NCBI GenBank assembly: GCA_027623195.1
Contig: JAQBUT010000014.1
Location: 21,881 to 85,880, forward strand
Direction: 5' to 3'
Source of the DNA: Chloroflexota bacterium
Lineage (GTDB): Bacteria; Chloroflexota; Dehalococcoidia; Lucifugimonadales; JADFKI01
DNA length: 64,000 nucleotides
Made by a program: the position numbers and the translations under genes. Shown piece after piece: positions 1 to 9,053 of this stretch (position 1 is the stretch's first letter; each line of letters starts with the position of its first letter). The notes beneath the pieces were generated by a model. The model made no database searches. It worked only from the letters and a program-made list of their open reading frames with translations, and had not been told where the DNA came from.

Positions 1-1762
1 CCTGCGGCGCAGACTCCAGCCTGTTGCCTGGAATAGGCCGTGTAACCTCGGCCAGTTCAGACTCCGTGAAGTACGTCTGCACGTAACCCTGCTGAATCTG
101 TGCAACCTCGCCGCTGGCGAAGGCAGTCAGCGCTCGGTACTCGTCGGAGTTGCCTGATTCGCGGGCAGCGCGACGGAGGTCGGACACGAAGAAGACCTGC
201 TCTTGCACCCCTGCCAGGAACACGCTGGCGTAGCTCAGCTCCTCCGCCGGGCCGAGGTTAGGAGCATCGCTAAGCACGTATAAACGTCCGCTGGCGTCAT
301 CGAAGAGCGCCGTCACCTGTTGAAGGAACACCTCTCGGGTAATGTCCTCGAGGTCGTCTTCCGGCTGAAGCAGGCCCAGCGTTTTGTAGAGTTCCTCCGT
401 CTGAAAAACCTGGTCTCGTAGAAACCTGCGCTTGAAGTGGGCATCGGCCAGGTCTTGAAGCTTGTCGGTCGTTTCCAGGTTGCTTTCGATAGGCGTTACG
501 GGAGCCAGCCCGCGAAGTGATGAGACCCTACTCTGCACAAGGGCCACCGTCTGATTGAATGCGGCCATGGCTTCTGCCAGAGACATCTCAGGGGTTAGGT
601 CCGCTTCCGTTCCTTCTATGGATTCAGAAGGCGTCGGATCAGAGGCTGCGGGCGTTGCGGGGGCGTTGCTTATCGGCTCTACCCCCGGCGCAGACGTAAT
701 TCCTGAAGCTAAGGGGCTTTCAGAATCGCCGGCCAGTGCCAGGGCTACCATGATGACGGCTACGACTCCAGCGGCGATTCCAGTTGCAACCAGCAGCCTC
801 CGACTCAGTCCAGGCAAAAGCCTCCGCAGCGGATGTCCGCCTGTGCTGCTAGGAGCCTCCTGATAATCTGGCGCGGAGTATGCCCAAGCGTTCGGTAGGA
901 CGACGGTCGGACTGTCCAAAACGACGGGAGCCATTTGTGGGCGCGGAAGAGACGCGGCCAACGCCTCCACCAGTCCCATGGCCGACTGATATCGGTCGTC
1001 GGGATTCTTTGCCATGGCTTTCAGCAGGGTAGCCTTCACTCCTGGGAGAAGGTCCACGTCGTCGCTCTCGGAAAGAGGCAAGGGCTGATGAACGTGGGCC
1101 ATCATAGTTGCGGCGGCGGTGTTGGCATGGAACGGCACCTCACCAACCAAAATCTGATAGCAGAGAATACCAAAGGCGTAAAGATCGGAGCGACTGTCCA
1201 CGTCGCGACCCATTGCCTGCTCAGGGGACATGTATTCCGGGGTGCCAATGGCCTCTTGCGGAGCTGTGATGTGATACACCTGCTCCATGACTACAGAGAG
1301 GCCGAAGTCGGCAAGCACAGGCTCGCCTTCGTCCCTCATCAGCACGTTGGATGGCTTAATGTCTCGGTGAACGATGCCGTTGGAGTGGGCGAAGTCCAGC
1401 GCTTCAGCTAAAGGCCGCAGAATGCGAAGCGCCTCTCCCAGGTCGTGGGGACTCCCCAGTCTTTCCAGCAGAGTGCCTCCGGAGACGTACTCTGTGACGA
1501 TGTAGGTAAAGCCTTTGTCTTCTCCAACGTCGTAGACTTGAAGTATGTGAGGGTGATTAAGCCGGGCTATTGCCTGGGCTTCGCGGCTGAACCTTTCACG
1601 AAAGGCAGGCTCGTCTGCCCGTAAGAAAGCCAGCACTTTGATCGCAACAGTCCTGTCGAGACTCGGATCACGTGCCTTGAAAACAGTGGCCATGCCACCG
1701 CTGCCCAACTTCTCCTGAACGTAGTACCGACCTAGCCGGCCGCCTTCAAGAATGGAAGCCAT
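1..1762 (-). CDS. Hanks-type Ser/Thr protein kinase with TM helix and extracytoplasmic zincin-like domain (3' end runs off the window)
   Basis: Not in the ORF track because there is no stop in the window. Manual translation from ATG 1762 gives MASILEGGRLGRYYVQEKLGSGGMATVFKA...VAIKVL...HRDIKPSNVL...ADFG...GTPEYMSPE. The TM segment (LLVATGIAAGVVAVIMVALALAG, ~730-796) and the ectodomain are in the same frame. Confidence 0.92.
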   Translation of the reverse strand, partial: MASILEGGRLGRYYVQEKLGSGGMATVFKARDPSLDRTVAIKVLAFLRADEPAFRERFSREAQAIARLNHPHILQVYDVGEDKGFTYIVTEYVSGGTLLERLGSPHDLGEALRILRPLAEALDFAHSNGIVHRDIKPSNVLMRDEGEPVLADFGLSVVMEQVYHITAPQEAIGTPEYMSPEQAMGRDVDSRSDLYAFGILCYQILVGEVPFHANTAAATMMAHVHQPLPLSESDDVDLLPGVKATLLKAMAKNPDDRYQSAMGLVEALAASLPRPQMAPVVLDSPTVVLPNAWAYSAPDYQEAPSSTGGHPLRRLLPGLSRRLLVATGIAAGVVAVIMVALALAGDSESPLASGITSAPGVEPISNAPATPAASDPTPSESIEGTEADLTPEMSLAEAMAAFNQTVALVQSRVSSLRGLAPVTPIESNLETTDKLQDLADAHFKRRFLRDQVFQTEELYKTLGLLQPEDDLEDITREVFLQQVTALFDDASGRLYVLSDAPNLGPAEELSYASVFLAGVQEQVFFVSDLRRAARESGNSDEYRALTAFASGEVAQIQQGYVQTYFTESELAEVTRPIPGNRLESAPQ

Positions 1763-1795
1763 GCGATTTGACCGTCACCGACTTCACGGGAGGTA

Positions 1796-2485
1796 TCATG
1801 CGTCCAGCTTGTAACCGAAGCCTCGGACAGTGATAAGGTGCTGAGGCTTGGAGGTGCTCTCCTCAACCCGCACCCTCACACGATGAACGCACTGCTCTAT
1901 CTCGTGATTGCCCACGTCGCTATCGGGACGCTCCGCCCACACGTGTCCTGCGATTTCGTCCCTGCTTACGGCCTCACCACGCTTGGCGTTCAGAAGCTGT
2001 AGCAGGTCGAACTCCTTCCGAGGCAGAGGCGGGTCCAGTCGTTTGCCCTTGACGTAAACCTGCCGGGCCTTGGAGTCTACAACCAGCGCGTCTATAGGAG
2101 CCTCAACCTTGGAAATGAGGACAGTCTTTGCGCCGCTGTACTGAAACATAAACGTAACGTCGCTGCCGCCCATGCGTACCAGGTCGCCGTGCGTAAGGGG
2201 AAACTCATCATCGAAGATGCGCCTGCGGTTGATGAAGGTGCCGTTGGTGCTGCCAAGGTCACGGATGTAGTACCCGTTAACCGTGGCAACGATTGCGGAG
2301 TGCTTTCGAGAAACGGGAGGCTCGTCTACCACGACATCGTTGTCCGGCTGACGACCGAGGGTCGTCACCTCCGCGAAGATGGCGATGACCTCCCCGTGAC
2401 GCGAACCGCCTTGCACGAGCAACGAGGCCTCGCTGCTTACGTCGATCTCTCGCTCGGGGGCGCTTCGTGCTTCTGCCTGTCCCAC
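1796..2485 (-). CDS. FHA domain + OmpR/PhoB-type winged-helix DNA-binding protein
   Basis: FHA motifs LGR, SRKH, DLGSTNGT; C-terminal EFDLL...SRDEI...VW...LITVRGFGYKL; AGGAG RBS upstream. Confidence 0.9.
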   Translation of the reverse strand: MGQAEARSAPEREIDVSSEASLLVQGGSRHGEVIAIFAEVTTLGRQPDNDVVVDEPPVSRKHSAIVATVNGYYIRDLGSTNGTFINRRRIFDDEFPLTHGDLVRMGGSDVTFMFQYSGAKTVLISKVEAPIDALVVDSKARQVYVKGKRLDPPLPRKEFDLLQLLNAKRGEAVSRDEIAGHVWAERPDSDVGNHEIEQCVHRVRVRVEESTSKPQHLITVRGFGYKLDA

Positions 2486-2618
2486 CGCCTCGCTCCTAAA
2501 ACCGCTAGTTTGGAGTTGGGCAATTATACCAAATTATGATTATTTGGCTAGGAGGCCGGATGAGCAGTAAGTGGCATGAATGGTCCGAACGCTGATTTCA
2601 AGTGTGTAGACGACTGCG

Positions 2619-3944
2619 CTAGTCGTCCCCGGAAGCAGGTTGGGGCTGAGGTTCGGGTTGGGTAGCGGCACGCTCGAAAGCCTGCAGGGTTGTCCCGATG
2701 TTTCTGGCCTTTCCGTTTAACATGGCCGGTCCTACCGCGAATGCAATGACGGCCAATCCACCGAATGCCACGGCGAAGGGTGCCCCCAAATGCTCGGCAA
2801 TGATCCCCGCCTGGAACCCCCCCAGAGGCATTATGCTCCACGTCATCCCGTAGAAGCCCATGACCCTGCCGCGCATACGGTCTGGGACCATGATCTGCAG
2901 GGAGCTCATTACGGAAACCATGTAAACAGAGTTAAAAACTCCCACAAAAAATATGATTACCAACGCCAATATAAACGAGCCGTGAAACTCCGCGCTAAGC
3001 GCGAATATCGTCAGAGCTGTTCCAAAGGCTATCGCGCCTCCAATTAACATGAGGCCCTTCTGGCGAATGTTTCCCAGCGATCCCAAGAAGAGAGTCGTCA
3101 CCAGAGCTCCAACGCCACTGACGCCCATAAGAATGCCCTGGCCCTCTGCACCTACTCGTAGGATATCCACAGCGAATATCGGCATCATGAAGATGTAAGC
3201 CAGACCAAAGAAGCTGTTGAAGAAGGTCATACCTATGAGGAACGAGAAGATGGAATTCTTCGCGATGAAGTTGACGCCCTCGAGCATGTCCTTGCCAGCG
3301 TGGCCGCTGCCGCCCCTCTCAATGTGAGGTATCTGCAGGGCTGAAATCACCAGAGCCATGATTACAAATCCAGCGCCTGCGATGAAAAACGAGATGGATG
3401 TCCCAAGGAAGGCGATAACAGCGCCAGCAGCGGCGGGCGCAACTATGCGCGTTCCCTGCCAAATTGCGGAGTTCATCGCCACCGCGCTCATCATGACTTT
3501 TCTATCTATCAGATGCGGGTAAAGGGCCTGCCTTGCGGGTTGATCAAATGCGTTAACGGCACCAGCAAAGAACGCGATGATGAGCAGATTGTAGATGTGG
3601 ACTACGTCCAGCATCGTCATGACGGCAAGCAAGAATATGAGCGAAGCGGTAATTAGTTGCGTAACCCGGATGAGCTTGCGCTTGTCGAAAAGATCTGCGA
3701 AGACACCGCCGAAGAGGTTAAGCGCGATGGCCGGGATGGCGTTGGCAAGCCCAACAAATCCTAAGAATAGGGGAGAGCCGGTGATCTCGTAGGCCAGCCA
3801 GAGCTGACCGAATTGGAACATCTGGAAGCCGCTAACCGACGCCAGGGTGCCTAACCAGTACGCTCGGTACGCGGGGTAACGCAACGCTGGTGGCACGCTA
3901 AAAAGTGACTGCTTCGCAGGCGTATCTGCGGCTGCTTGGCTCAA
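2619..3944 (-). CDS. MFS transporter (EntS/MFS_3-like)
   Basis: About 12 hydrophobic segments; GGVFADLFDKRK and PDRMRGRVMG motifs. Confidence 0.88.
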   Translation of the reverse strand: MSQAAADTPAKQSLFSVPPALRYPAYRAYWLGTLASVSGFQMFQFGQLWLAYEITGSPLFLGFVGLANAIPAIALNLFGGVFADLFDKRKLIRVTQLITASLIFLLAVMTMLDVVHIYNLLIIAFFAGAVNAFDQPARQALYPHLIDRKVMMSAVAMNSAIWQGTRIVAPAAAGAVIAFLGTSISFFIAGAGFVIMALVISALQIPHIERGGSGHAGKDMLEGVNFIAKNSIFSFLIGMTFFNSFFGLAYIFMMPIFAVDILRVGAEGQGILMGVSGVGALVTTLFLGSLGNIRQKGLMLIGGAIAFGTALTIFALSAEFHGSFILALVIIFFVGVFNSVYMVSVMSSLQIMVPDRMRGRVMGFYGMTWSIMPLGGFQAGIIAEHLGAPFAVAFGGLAVIAFAVGPAMLNGKARNIGTTLQAFERAATQPEPQPQPASGDD

Positions 3945-3967
3945 ACTATAGTCCCGAAGCGCACGGC

Positions 3968-4189
3968 TCAGTCTTTAACGGGTATTCTGCCCCAGGTAAC
4001 GGAATCAGCAGAAACGGACAGTTTTTTTTCTCGGATAACGTCCCGAATCGCCAGTAAGGTAGCGTTGACTTCATTGGTGACGTAAACCCAGTCCGGCTCT
4101 TCTGGAAACCAGTAGGGCGAAGTGATTCGGACTACCTTGCCATCCCCGGCGTTCAGGTAAATACCAAATTTAGAAACGTGAGATAACAT
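3968..4189 (-). CDS. small hypothetical protein (73 aa)
   Basis: ATG with GAGG RBS; fills the gap between co-directional glmS and the MFS gene. Confidence 0.65.
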   Translation of the reverse strand: MLSHVSKFGIYLNAGDGKVVRITSPYWFPEEPDWVYVTNEVNATLLAIRDVIREKKLSVSADSVTWGRIPVKD

Positions 4190-4270
4190 GGGTGACCTCT
4201 GCTTAATGCCCTTACGTTAGCACAGGCCAAACCCGGCTACAACCGGGCCCCATGTACCTAATGCATTTTC

Positions 4271-6121
4271 TTACTCAACCGTTACGGACTTGGCAAGGTT
4301 ACGTGGCTGGTCAACGTCGCACCCACGCCGCACAGCGATGTGGTAGGACAGCAATTGCATGGGAATAGACATAAGGATAGGCGTAACGTTGGATGAGGAT
4401 TTCGGGATGTAAATGGCATGGTCGGCCTTGTCCAAGACACCCTCGTCTCCCTCGGTGGCCACAGCTATCACCGTGCCGCCTCGGGCCTTTACCTCGTTGA
4501 TATTACTAAGCATCTTCTCGTAAAGATCGTCCTTGGGGATAAGCGCCACTACCGGCATCTCCTCGTCGATGAGAGATATCGGGCCATGCTTCATTTCGCC
4601 CGCCGGATAACCCTCCGCGTGGATGTAGCTTATCTCCTTGAGCTTCAATGCGCCTTCCATTGCCAGGGGATAATTGATACCCCGCCCCAGGAATAGGAAG
4701 TCCCGACGGCTGGAATATTCTCGGGCCAGCGACTCGTATACGGCCTCGTTTTCCTTGGTAAGCAAAGTGCCCATCATCTGAGGAAGATGGGCCAGTTCCT
4801 TTATCATCTCTTCGCGGCGCTCCTTGGAGAGGTGTCCCCTCCTAGAGCCTATGTACATGGCAAGGAGGTAAAGGGCGACAAGAGAGCAAACAAATGTCTT
4901 GCTAGAGGCCACTCCCACTTCCAGGCCAGCCCTGATGAGTATGGTACCGTCGGCGACACGAGTAGTCTGGGTGCCTTCGTAGTTGCACAGCGTAATTTGG
5001 CGAGCTCCCTTGGACTTGGCTTCATCCATGGCGGACAATGTGTCCGCCGTTTCGCCTGACTGGGAAATGGAAACCACCAGAGTGTCCTTATCGATCACAG
5101 GATCCCTGTACCGAAACTCCGATGAGTTATCCGCCTCGGTGGCTATGCCCGCCAGTGACTCCATCCAAAGCCTGCCGACCATGGCCGCATGCTGGCTAGT
5201 CCCCATGCCCACGATGACAACGCGCCTTATCTGCTTGAGCTCTTCGTCGGAAAACGGGAAGTGCTCCAGGTCCACAGTATAGTCGTCGAACGAGACTCGA
5301 CCGCGAAGGGCATCTATTATGGCCTCCGGCTGCTCATGAATCTCTTTCAGCATGAAGTGCTTGTACTCGCCTTTAGCTGCGGTGAGCGCGTCATAAGGCA
5401 TGTGCAAAGTCGACTTCTTTAGCTCATTGCCCTCCAGGTCGGTATAACTGACGTGGTTCTTGGTCACTACGACCATCTCGCCGCCGGCCAGGTATACAAC
5501 ATCTCGAGTGTGTGGCAAAAGAGCAGGAAGATCACTGGCCAAGAGCATTTCGTCTTTGCCGTAGCCAACAACAATTCCACCCGCGTTGCCCAACTTGAAG
5601 GATATTATCTTGTCGGGTTCTCGCTTGGATATAACGACAATTGCATTGGCTCCGCGAATACGGTTGGCGGTTGCCAGCACAGCGTCCTCAAGAGAATAAT
5701 CATCTTGCAGGTAGGACTCGATGAGATGAGGCACACACTCCGCGTCAGTCTGGGATGAGAAGACGTGGCCCTTTTCGGTCAGCTCCTGCTTTAGCTCCTG
5801 GTAGTTCTCGACGATGCCGTTGTGGACGACAATCACATCTTTGGAACAGTCGGAGTGAGGGTGTGCATTATCTTCAGTCGGTCCACCGTGGGTAGCCCAC
5901 CGGGTGTGACCGATTCCGGTACTACCATCTGGCAGGCCATTGCTGAGCACCTGCTTGAGATTGGAGAGCTTACCGGCCGCCTTGAAGAGCTGTGGCTTGC
6001 CAGCTTTGTCCATTACAGCGATTCCGGCGCTGTCGTAGCCTCGATATTCCAGACTGGTGAGACCTTCGAGGATTATGGAAGCCGCTTGCCGGCCCCCGGT
6101 GTAGCCTATTATCCCGCACAT
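4271..6121 (-). CDS. glmS: glutamine--fructose-6-phosphate aminotransferase
   Basis: N-terminal MCGI, EYRGYDSAG, GHTRWATHG, SQSGETADT, C-terminal PRNLAKSVTVE. Confidence 0.98.
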   Translation of the reverse strand: MCGIIGYTGGRQAASIILEGLTSLEYRGYDSAGIAVMDKAGKPQLFKAAGKLSNLKQVLSNGLPDGSTGIGHTRWATHGGPTEDNAHPHSDCSKDVIVVHNGIVENYQELKQELTEKGHVFSSQTDAECVPHLIESYLQDDYSLEDAVLATANRIRGANAIVVISKREPDKIISFKLGNAGGIVVGYGKDEMLLASDLPALLPHTRDVVYLAGGEMVVVTKNHVSYTDLEGNELKKSTLHMPYDALTAAKGEYKHFMLKEIHEQPEAIIDALRGRVSFDDYTVDLEHFPFSDEELKQIRRVVIVGMGTSQHAAMVGRLWMESLAGIATEADNSSEFRYRDPVIDKDTLVVSISQSGETADTLSAMDEAKSKGARQITLCNYEGTQTTRVADGTILIRAGLEVGVASSKTFVCSLVALYLLAMYIGSRRGHLSKERREEMIKELAHLPQMMGTLLTKENEAVYESLAREYSSRRDFLFLGRGINYPLAMEGALKLKEISYIHAEGYPAGEMKHGPISLIDEEMPVVALIPKDDLYEKMLSNINEVKARGGTVIAVATEGDEGVLDKADHAIYIPKSSSNVTPILMSIPMQLLSYHIAVRRGCDVDQPRNLAKSVTVE

Positions 6122-6214
6122 TTGATGCCCCTTGCCCGCCGAGGGCGGGTACGTAATGCCGATGTGACGTTAGAACTTGTCTCTGCTGCATTATCCGTAA
6201 CAATGGCCTTATTT

Positions 6215-6889
6215 TCAACGCCTTTTGGGGGCCACCGTAGAAGCATCTTTCCCTTTACCGTAGACCCCACGGTAATCTTCCGGAAGCAGCTGGGCAACCC
6301 GGTCCATAATCATATCCGCAAAGGAGTCGATAATCTCCTTATTGGGCTTTCCCTGCACGTCGGGAAGTGAAAAGACCGTGCCAATGTTTATCTTCAGTTT
6401 GCCGGTCGGAAAGAATACCCGAGTCCATGAGCCCATCGTCTCCGTGCCCGTTATGCCAATGGGTAGGATCGGGGCCTGAGCATGCAAGGCAATCTGCGCG
6501 AAGCCTGACTTGGCCTTGATCATGCCGCCAGGACTGCGAGTCCCTTCTGGAAAGAGGACTACGGGCTTGCCTTCCCTCAACTGGCTTAAGACCCACCTGT
6601 AGGCCGCTATGTCCACGTCCTTTTCGCGGTCCAGAGGAAAAGCGCCGTACATTGATAGGAGCCAACGGGTAATAAAATTCGAAAAGACTGTGGACTTGGC
6701 CAAGAACTGGATTCGCCGGGTAAGACTTGCCACCAGCATTGGAGGGTCCATGTTGCTCTGGTGGTTGGCTATGATTATCAGTGGGCCCATGGGGGGGATG
6801 TTCTCACGCCCCACGACCTCCCATTTTGCAAATAATTTCAGTGTGGCTCGCTGCAATAATCTGCAGGCGTAGAAAGGCAAGTCATTCAT
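6215..6889 (-). CDS. plsC: 1-acyl-sn-glycerol-3-phosphate acyltransferase
   Basis: NHQSNMD (HX4D) and FPEGTRS motifs; 4-bp overlap with cmk. Confidence 0.92.
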   Translation of the reverse strand: MNDLPFYACRLLQRATLKLFAKWEVVGRENIPPMGPLIIIANHQSNMDPPMLVASLTRRIQFLAKSTVFSNFITRWLLSMYGAFPLDREKDVDIAAYRWVLSQLREGKPVVLFPEGTRSPGGMIKAKSGFAQIALHAQAPILPIGITGTETMGSWTRVFFPTGKLKINIGTVFSLPDVQGKPNKEIIDSFADMIMDRVAQLLPEDYRGVYGKGKDASTVAPKRR

Positions 6890-7557
6890 CGCGAAGACTC
6901 AATCAGACTCATGAGCTTTTCGATTACCTCTTCCAGTCCAAGGTTGTCCGTGTCGATGGTCACGGCATCTTCCGCAGCACGAAGTGGGGAGTTGGCTCGT
7001 TCCGTGTCTAGCTTGTCCCGACGGGCAAGGTCCGCTTTCACCTGTTCCAAGTCGGCGCTCAGACCTTTGGCGATTATTTCCTTATGCCTGCGCTCAGCCC
7101 TCACATCAACCGATGCCCGCAAGAACGCCTTGAATCCGGCATCTTTAAGAACCACGGTGCCGATGTCCCGCCCAACCATAACTATGGGACCCCCATGCGC
7201 GATTTCTCTCTGGCGCTCCACCAAAGCCGCTCTGACTCTCGCCAGGGCGGCCACGTGAGACACGTTCCGTTCCACAGCAGCGTCACGAAGACGTTCTGTC
7301 ACGTCTACCCCGTCTACAAACAACCTGTCTTCAGATTCTCGAGGAACGAGCGCCATATGGACCGATTCAGCCAGAGCGGAAAGCTTCTGCTCATCTCCGA
7401 TATCCAGACCTCTGTACAGCGCAACCAACGTAATAGCCCTATACATTACGCCGGTATCCAGAAAGCGCATATCAAGCCTTTGGGCTAACTCTCTGCCAAC
7501 GGCGGTCTTACCGCATGCCACAGGCCCGTCGATGGCTATAGCGTTAGGAATGGTCAA
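6886..7557 (-). CDS. cmk: cytidylate kinase
   Basis: IAIDGPVACGKT P-loop, DTGVMYRA, VGRDIGTVV, RRDKLD. Confidence 0.95.
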   Translation of the reverse strand: MTIPNAIAIDGPVACGKTAVGRELAQRLDMRFLDTGVMYRAITLVALYRGLDIGDEQKLSALAESVHMALVPRESEDRLFVDGVDVTERLRDAAVERNVSHVAALARVRAALVERQREIAHGGPIVMVGRDIGTVVLKDAGFKAFLRASVDVRAERRHKEIIAKGLSADLEQVKADLARRDKLDTERANSPLRAAEDAVTIDTDNLGLEEVIEKLMSLIESSR

Positions 7558-7707
7558 ATGACTAGGTTGCGCGTCCTATCCGGCGGGAACGCGAATAATT
7601 ATGGTCGCACGCCCACTCAAGCTAGACCTGATTATAGGCTGGAAAGCATCACCTAACAAGGAATCTCCACATCAGTTATGCGAAGTTAATTTAGGGGCGC
7701 CTTCTTC

Positions 7708-9051
7708 TCAATCATTATGCGAACGAAGTTGCTGCTTGTAATCTTCTTCGTGGGAGACGATGAGGCCCCGTCTCAACTGCTCTTCCAGCGGGACGACTCG
7801 TGGGGGGCGGACGGTAGTTGGCCCAGTGCCGATGGAGCCTGACTCTTCCAGCAGTCCTATCGCATCATCGGACATGCCAAGGTGTTCGGCTAGTACATAT
7901 CTGTTGTGCTTCCCCATAGTCGGGGCTGCAGTACGAGCGCCTCCCGGCGTGCGGGAGAATTTCCAAGGCCGGCTGCTGTAAGGCAGGGGAGGCATCCCTG
8001 TGGTGTCGTCATGCTCGACGGTCTCGTAGAAGCCTCTCGCCTTGAGTTGAGGGTCGAACAGAAGCTGCTTGCCGTTTAGAACCGCGCCGGCGGGGACGCC
8101 CACTTCCTGTAACTGGCCCATCAACTGATGCGCGTCCCTATGGCTGGTCGCGGAAGACAGCGCTGCATCCAGCAGTGTCCTGTGCTTCACCCTGGCCGCT
8201 GCATCCTTAAAAGCTCCTTCGGAAAGCCATTCGTCTTTACCCATCACATGGCAAAGCGACCGCCACTGCTCATCCGTTTCCACCGAAATGGCTATCCATG
8301 AATCCACGCCTTCGCAGGGGTAGCAGCCGTGCGGCGAAATGGACGGATGCTCGTTTCCTATGCGCTGCTGAGTCCGTCCGTTCACCGTGAAGTCCAGCAT
8401 TGCCTCAGGAATCGTCGAGGTCAGCGTCTCCGATTGCGATACGTCTATGAACTGTCCTTCGCCGGTGTTTGCCCTGTGCACCAAGGCTGCCATTATCGCA
8501 AAAGCCGTGTGCTCGGCGGCGGAGTAATCGGCATAGGGAATCTCAGGAAGCTTAGGCGGACCGTCTCTGTAGCCTGTTAGCGACGCCAGACCGGATGCTG
8601 CCTCCGTGGTAAAGCCAATGGCTCCGAAGTCCGACCATGGTCCTACGTGGCCATAACCTGTAGAGGAAACCATAACGATATCGGGCCTGATCTTGCGCAG
8701 GTCTTCGTATTCCAGACCGAAGTTGCGCATAACCCTGGGCGTATAGTTCTCCGCAAACACATCGCTGACGCTGATGAGGTCCTTCAGTACGCCGAGGCAG
8801 GTCTCATCCGTCAGGTCCAACGTCAGGCTCATCTTATTGCGATTCTGCTCATAGAAGTTGGCGGCTCTATCCCAAAAGTTGCCTTCGACGCTGTTGCCGT
8901 AAAAGGACTGCATCCTGTAGTTATCCAGTCGAGCGCAGGTCTCGATGCGGATGATCTGCGCGCCCATGTCGGCCAGCAGCTTGGTGGCGTGGGGAATAGC
9001 TATGAGCTGCCCCATCTCAACAATGCGTATTCCGCTTAGCGGCAGACTCAT
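7708..9051 (-). CDS. family III CoA-transferase (CaiB/BaiF), subunit with catalytic Asp
   Basis: LLADMGA, NRNKMSLTLDL, ENYTP, PYADY. Start moved to ATG 9051 (MSLPLSG), right after the upstream stop. Confidence 0.92.
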   Translation of the reverse strand: MSLPLSGIRIVEMGQLIAIPHATKLLADMGAQIIRIETCARLDNYRMQSFYGNSVEGNFWDRAANFYEQNRNKMSLTLDLTDETCLGVLKDLISVSDVFAENYTPRVMRNFGLEYEDLRKIRPDIVMVSSTGYGHVGPWSDFGAIGFTTEAASGLASLTGYRDGPPKLPEIPYADYSAAEHTAFAIMAALVHRANTGEGQFIDVSQSETLTSTIPEAMLDFTVNGRTQQRIGNEHPSISPHGCYPCEGVDSWIAISVETDEQWRSLCHVMGKDEWLSEGAFKDAAARVKHRTLLDAALSSATSHRDAHQLMGQLQEVGVPAGAVLNGKQLLFDPQLKARGFYETVEHDDTTGMPPLPYSSRPWKFSRTPGGARTAAPTMGKHNRYVLAEHLGMSDDAIGLLEESGSIGTGPTTVRPPRVVPLEEQLRRGLIVSHEEDYKQQLRSHND

Positions 9052-9053
9052 GG

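Noticed and set aside
555..1411. + strand ORFs of 102 and 158 aa
   Set aside because: They are antisense to the Ser/Thr kinase that the ORF track missed.
6122..6214. glmS ribozyme upstream of glmS
   Set aside because: The spacer is only ~90 nt and lacks the AGCGCC...GACGAGG core; only a small GC hairpin is present.
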